Below, one piece after another: positions 60,623 to 64,000 of a stretch of DNA of 64,000 nucleotides. Within the stretch, counting starts at the first letter, position 1, and every line of letters starts with the position of its first letter. The translations under genes were made by a program, and so were the position numbers. Source of the stretch: Candidatus Hydrogenedentota bacterium (GTDB lineage: Bacteria; Hydrogenedentota; Hydrogenedentia; Hydrogenedentales; SLHB01). The stretch is from positions 1,952,001-2,016,000 of the forward strand of contig CAXXYE010000009.1 of NCBI GenBank assembly GCA_963674865.2. Reading direction: 5' to 3'. The notes below the pieces were generated by a model. The model did no database searches. It saw only the letters and a program-made list of their open reading frames with translations, and was not told where the DNA came from.

Positions 60623-61635
60623 GCGAGGCCAACGCGTCCGCCGCCGACGGCAAGGCGGTGCATGAGTGGCCCGGGCGCAATGGGCGGCCCTTGATGAGGG
60701 TGATTCTCATCTCGCTGGCCGTGTTTCTCCTGATCTACCTGCTCAGCGGGATTCGGCTTATCCGTCCCGAGGAGTTGGCGCTGGTGGCCCGCTTCGGCAA
60801 GCTTCGCCCCGTGCCGCTGACGCCCGGCACTCATTACTGCCTTCCTGCGCCTATCGATCGCGTCACGCGCATAAGGCCCAACGAGGTCAAGAGCGTTACG
60901 GTGGGCGCAAGGGCGATTGTCACGCCGCCCGAAGAGGGCGAGGCGGTGTTGGAATACGAGAGTGAAGAGACGAGCGAACTGCTTACCGGTGACGAGAATA
61001 TCATCCACATTACGCTTAACATGCAGTACAAGGTGGGTGAGCCGGCGGCCTACGTCTTCAACACGCAATCTCCTGAGCGGCTGGTGAAACTGGCGGCGGA
61101 GGTGGCCTTGACGGATGTCGTCTCCCGCACGCCGGTGGATGATCTGCTGACATCCGGAAAACAATGGGTGCTTGCTCAGGTTAAGGAAAAGACTCAGTCG
61201 TATCTCGAGCAATATGGCGCGGGCGCTATGGTGATATCCGCGACCTTCGCCGGCGTGGCGCCGCCCATCGAAGTGGATGACGCCTTCAAGGATGTGGCGA
61301 GCGCCCTCGAAGACAGAGATCGGCGCATCAACGAGGCCACGGGGGAGTACAACGCGGCGATACCTCGCGCCAGAGGCGAGGCCATGCAACAGGTTGAGGA
61401 AGCGACCGCCGCGAAGAACGCGCGGATCAACCGCGCCCAGGGCGACGCCGATCGCTTCCTGGCCACTCTCCACGAATTCCGCCAGGCGGGGAACAAGGAG
61501 ACATCGCTCCTCCGGCTCTACATGGAAACCATGGAAGACGTTATGCCCCGGCTCAAGAAGTACATTGTTCAGACGCACTCCGGCCTGTCCCGCGCGGCAC
61601 AGGAAGGTGGGGCCTCCGCGGGGGGCGGGCAATGA
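60619..61635 (+). CDS. hflK: HflK-like SPFH protein
   Basis: RFGK, LPAPID, LLTGDENII, PP.EVDDAFKDV..A.ED, IPRARGEA, AQGDADRF, RLYMETMEDV; GTGA overlap with the hflC stop. Confidence 0.88.
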   Translation: MSEANASAADGKAVHEWPGRNGRPLMRVILISLAVFLLIYLLSGIRLIRPEELALVARFGKLRPVPLTPGTHYCLPAPIDRVTRIRPNEVKSVTVGARAIVTPPEEGEAVLEYESEETSELLTGDENIIHITLNMQYKVGEPAAYVFNTQSPERLVKLAAEVALTDVVSRTPVDDLLTSGKQWVLAQVKEKTQSYLEQYGAGAMVISATFAGVAPPIEVDDAFKDVASALEDRDRRINEATGEYNAAIPRARGEAMQQVEEATAAKNARINRAQGDADRFLATLHEFRQAGNKETSLLRLYMETMEDVMPRLKKYIVQTHSGLSRAAQEGGASAGGGQ

Positions 61636-62102
61636 TTGAAGTCCATATCCCTGGTTGGCGGGACCTTCGCCTTGAGCACGTTGTCCTGGATTACAACGGC
61701 ACCATGGCCTGCGATGGGGCGTTGCTTCCTGGCGTCGGCGCGGCCTTGAAGTCTCTCTCCGAACGGCTCCAGGTTCATGTTGTGACGGCGGATACCTTCG
61801 GACGGGCTGCGGGGGAGATTGAGGACTTGCCTTTCACGCTGTCCGTTCTTCCGGAAGGGCGGCATGACGCCGCGAAGCGCGACTACGTCGAGCGGCTGGA
61901 CGCGTCGGGCGTCGCAGGTATCGGCAATGGCCGGAATGACCGGCTGATGCTCGAGGCCGCCGCGCTCGGTATCGCCGTCGTTCAGGAAGAGGGCGCCGCA
62001 AGCGAGACGGTTTGCGCCGCCGATGTGGTTTGCCCGAATATCCTCTCCGCTCTGGCGCTGCTCGAACACCCTTTGCGCCTGGTGGCGACCCTGCGCGCAT
62101 AG
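61632..62102 (+). CDS. Soluble P-type-ATPase-like HAD hydrolase
   Basis: VLDYNGT (motif I), VVTADTFG, K, GIGNGRNDRLML; ATGA overlap with the hflK stop. Confidence 0.88.
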   Translation: MIEVHIPGWRDLRLEHVVLDYNGTMACDGALLPGVGAALKSLSERLQVHVVTADTFGRAAGEIEDLPFTLSVLPEGRHDAAKRDYVERLDASGVAGIGNGRNDRLMLEAAALGIAVVQEEGAASETVCAADVVCPNILSALALLEHPLRLVATLRA

Positions 62103-62129
62103 GCGCTGGACCTCCCGCGCGGCGTTGCC

Positions 62130-63623
62130 TTACGAAGGAGTCGCGTTCCCTGAGCCTGCCGGCTTGGACCTGGCGTATCGGAAGAGGAAGTAGGCTGCGG
62201 CCGCCAGGGAAACGGGCAGGGAGAGGCGAACGGCCTGAATGTACAGCCGCATGCCCGGCAGATCGAGCCGGGGCGTCTCGAGCACGGCCGGGCCGGCATC
62301 GTAGAGGCGATAGTCCGTCCAGAAGAATGACTCCACCTCGGCGACACGCCAGATGGTTGTGTGGAGAAAGAGTGACCAGCCAAGGAGTACCACGAGGAAG
62401 AGCAGCAGGTTCTTGGTGGTTCTGCTCGTGCCCTTGCGCGCCAGGAAGGATTCCATCCGAATCGCGGCGAGAATAGCGAACATAGTGAGCGGAACAATGA
62501 AGAACCGCGATGATATCCGCTGCGAGCCTATGAGGGGGATCGGCAGGTAGCTGATCAGGCCGTAGAGATATTCGAAGGACAGCAATGTCATGAGCAGGTT
62601 GGCCACGTCGAGTTCGCGAAACTCAAGGTAGCTTATCTTCGGCCGGCGTACCACCCGCAGCCAGCCGCAGAAGTACAACAGGATGGCGAATCCGACGAGG
62701 CTGATGTAGTGATCGAACTCCCACCAGCCCAGCCCGCAGGCCACACCGTGCCAGCCTACCTGCTGATACGCGCTGTAATCGCGCAGGCTCGTCATGCTCT
62801 GTAGAAACACGCCGAGGGTTGGGAATCCGGAAATGAACCGAAACTTGGCTCCCCAGAAGGTCAGGGCCGCGGGCACAAAGCGGAAGGCGCATACGGCCGA
62901 GGCGGCGACAATCGTGTAGGCGATGGGCTTCAGGAGCCGAGGATTGGAGACGGCTATCAGAATGAGGTACATCACGCACCAGACATAGAGGTGAAACGAC
63001 CCCTGGAGTTCCATGAGCACCAGCACCAGGGCCAAGGCGAGTTGTGAGCGTTTGGGCCAAGGCCCCTTCACCATGTTCAGGACAAGCAGGAGGAAGTAGG
63101 GGAGGAAGAAGTAGCCGTACCACATGGCTTGGCCGACGGCGACACGCGAGACGATGTAGCCGTTGAAACTGAACAAGAGGCACAAAAACGCAAACGGGAT
63201 ATTCGAGAGGCGGAAGCGTCTCGCCAGCAATACCAGGCCCACAAAGCTCACGGAATAGAGGAGGGCCATGTTGAGCCAGTTGAAGGCGGTGTCGCTCAGA
63301 AAGGGAAGCAGGAGGAACTGCGGCGAAAGCGGCGTCTCGGGCAGGCCGAGGAAGCGATTGGAGTAATGTTCGCCGAAGGTCATGACGTACGGGATCTTGC
63401 CGTGGGCGAGGGCATCTCTCAGCACCGCGTGGTAGCGAAGGATGAGCGGCCAGTCCTTGGCGTCGAACCTGGCCGCCGCGAAGGCATATGCCCAGTGTGC
63501 CAAGCCCAGCAGATAGAGGAATCCCACAAGGGCGGGGGCGCGCTTGCCGGACAAGAACCTTCTGCGCAGGAATGGGCAGTTCCTGTCGAGGAATCCCTCT
63601 GCCGATGCCCACAGGCGTTGCAT
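62130..63623 (-). CDS. Polytopic membrane protein, GT-C/YfhO-like
   Basis: GGGAGG RBS before ATG 63623; many TM helices, early loop DAKDW..HGKIPY..RFLGLPETP, later WWEFD and RISSRF. Confidence 0.65.
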   Translation of the reverse strand: MQRLWASAEGFLDRNCPFLRRRFLSGKRAPALVGFLYLLGLAHWAYAFAAARFDAKDWPLILRYHAVLRDALAHGKIPYVMTFGEHYSNRFLGLPETPLSPQFLLLPFLSDTAFNWLNMALLYSVSFVGLVLLARRFRLSNIPFAFLCLLFSFNGYIVSRVAVGQAMWYGYFFLPYFLLLVLNMVKGPWPKRSQLALALVLVLMELQGSFHLYVWCVMYLILIAVSNPRLLKPIAYTIVAASAVCAFRFVPAALTFWGAKFRFISGFPTLGVFLQSMTSLRDYSAYQQVGWHGVACGLGWWEFDHYISLVGFAILLYFCGWLRVVRRPKISYLEFRELDVANLLMTLLSFEYLYGLISYLPIPLIGSQRISSRFFIVPLTMFAILAAIRMESFLARKGTSRTTKNLLLFLVVLLGWSLFLHTTIWRVAEVESFFWTDYRLYDAGPAVLETPRLDLPGMRLYIQAVRLSLPVSLAAAAYFLFRYARSKPAGSGNATPS

Positions 63624-63639
63624 CCATTCGCCTCCCGGC

Positions 63640-64000
63640 CTAGAGCGCGAGCACGCGGAAATTGGACACATCCGCAATGACGCGGCTTCCGATGGCCCGA
63701 AATCCAACCTTGCCCGCCGTGGGGATATCATCGTGGAGTTCACGCGCATCCGTGAACGAGGGCCCCGGTTGGCCATTCACGAGTATGGCGCAGCGGGGGC
63801 CCGCCTTCTCGATGCGAATCACGTAAGAACGACCGATCTCCTTGCAGAGGTCGTCGCCCTGCGCCATGAGATGGAGGCCTGGATTTCGCCGCCAATTGCT
63901 CACGCCGGTGTGGCGGCCCTGATCGTCGTAGCGGCTCACGGAGACATGGTACGATCTCAGGAGAGCGTCCTCACCGACGTAGTCCTTGAACTCGCCTGCC
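63640..64000 (-). CDS. DUF1961/YesU-like protein, C-terminal part (5' end outside the window)
   Basis: GEFKDYV...SYHVSVSR...SNWRRNPGLHLMAQGDD...GKVGFR. Confidence 0.6.
   Translation of the reverse strand, partial: AGEFKDYVGEDALLRSYHVSVSRYDDQGRHTGVSNWRRNPGLHLMAQGDDLCKEIGRSYVIRIEKAGPRCAILVNGQPGPSFTDARELHDDIPTAGKVGFRAIGSRVIADVSNFRVLAL

Noticed and set aside
59414..61632. Long minus-strand ORFs 59414-60538 and 60535-61632
   Set aside because: Antisense to hflC/hflK, as expected in high-GC coding DNA; no motifs.
59699..61635. Ordinary housekeeping hflK-hflC locus
   Set aside because: The order is CDF-HflK fusion, hflC, hflK, HAD, with no hflX or ftsH nearby. It is treated as a specialised paralogous system, pending a genome-wide check.

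Overview
Bacterial window, GC-rich and dense in secreted carbohydrate-active enzymes. The gene content would fit a PVC- or Hydrogenedentes-like lineage, but that is an inference I cannot confirm. A tRNA-Val(TAC) at 44022-44098 divides it into two parts. The left part (1-44 kb) looks like an eroded accessory island. It holds secreted glycan enzymes and unknown TIM-barrel-like proteins, a Tat sulfatase, a 1417-aa multidomain hydrolase, and a staphyloxanthin/Methylomonas-type C30 carotenoid cluster (crtN, aldH, crtP, crtQ, crtO, with no crtM in view) next to a BLUF-EAL photoreceptor and two lipocalins, one broken. It also holds an APC permease-EIIA fusion, a GH65/beta-PGM fusion, a frameshifted sialate O-acetylesterase, an intact IS200-type element and several IS relics. 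The right part (44-64 kb) has an IS30, an SSS symporter, GH28, sugar-modifying enzymes and a 10-nt-periodic REP-like repeat family. Its most unusual locus is a translationally coupled operon with a cation diffusion facilitator fused to an HflK-like SPFH domain, then HflC, HflK and a soluble P-type-ATPase-like HAD protein, with no FtsH in view. All calls come from reading motifs by eye; no searches were run.
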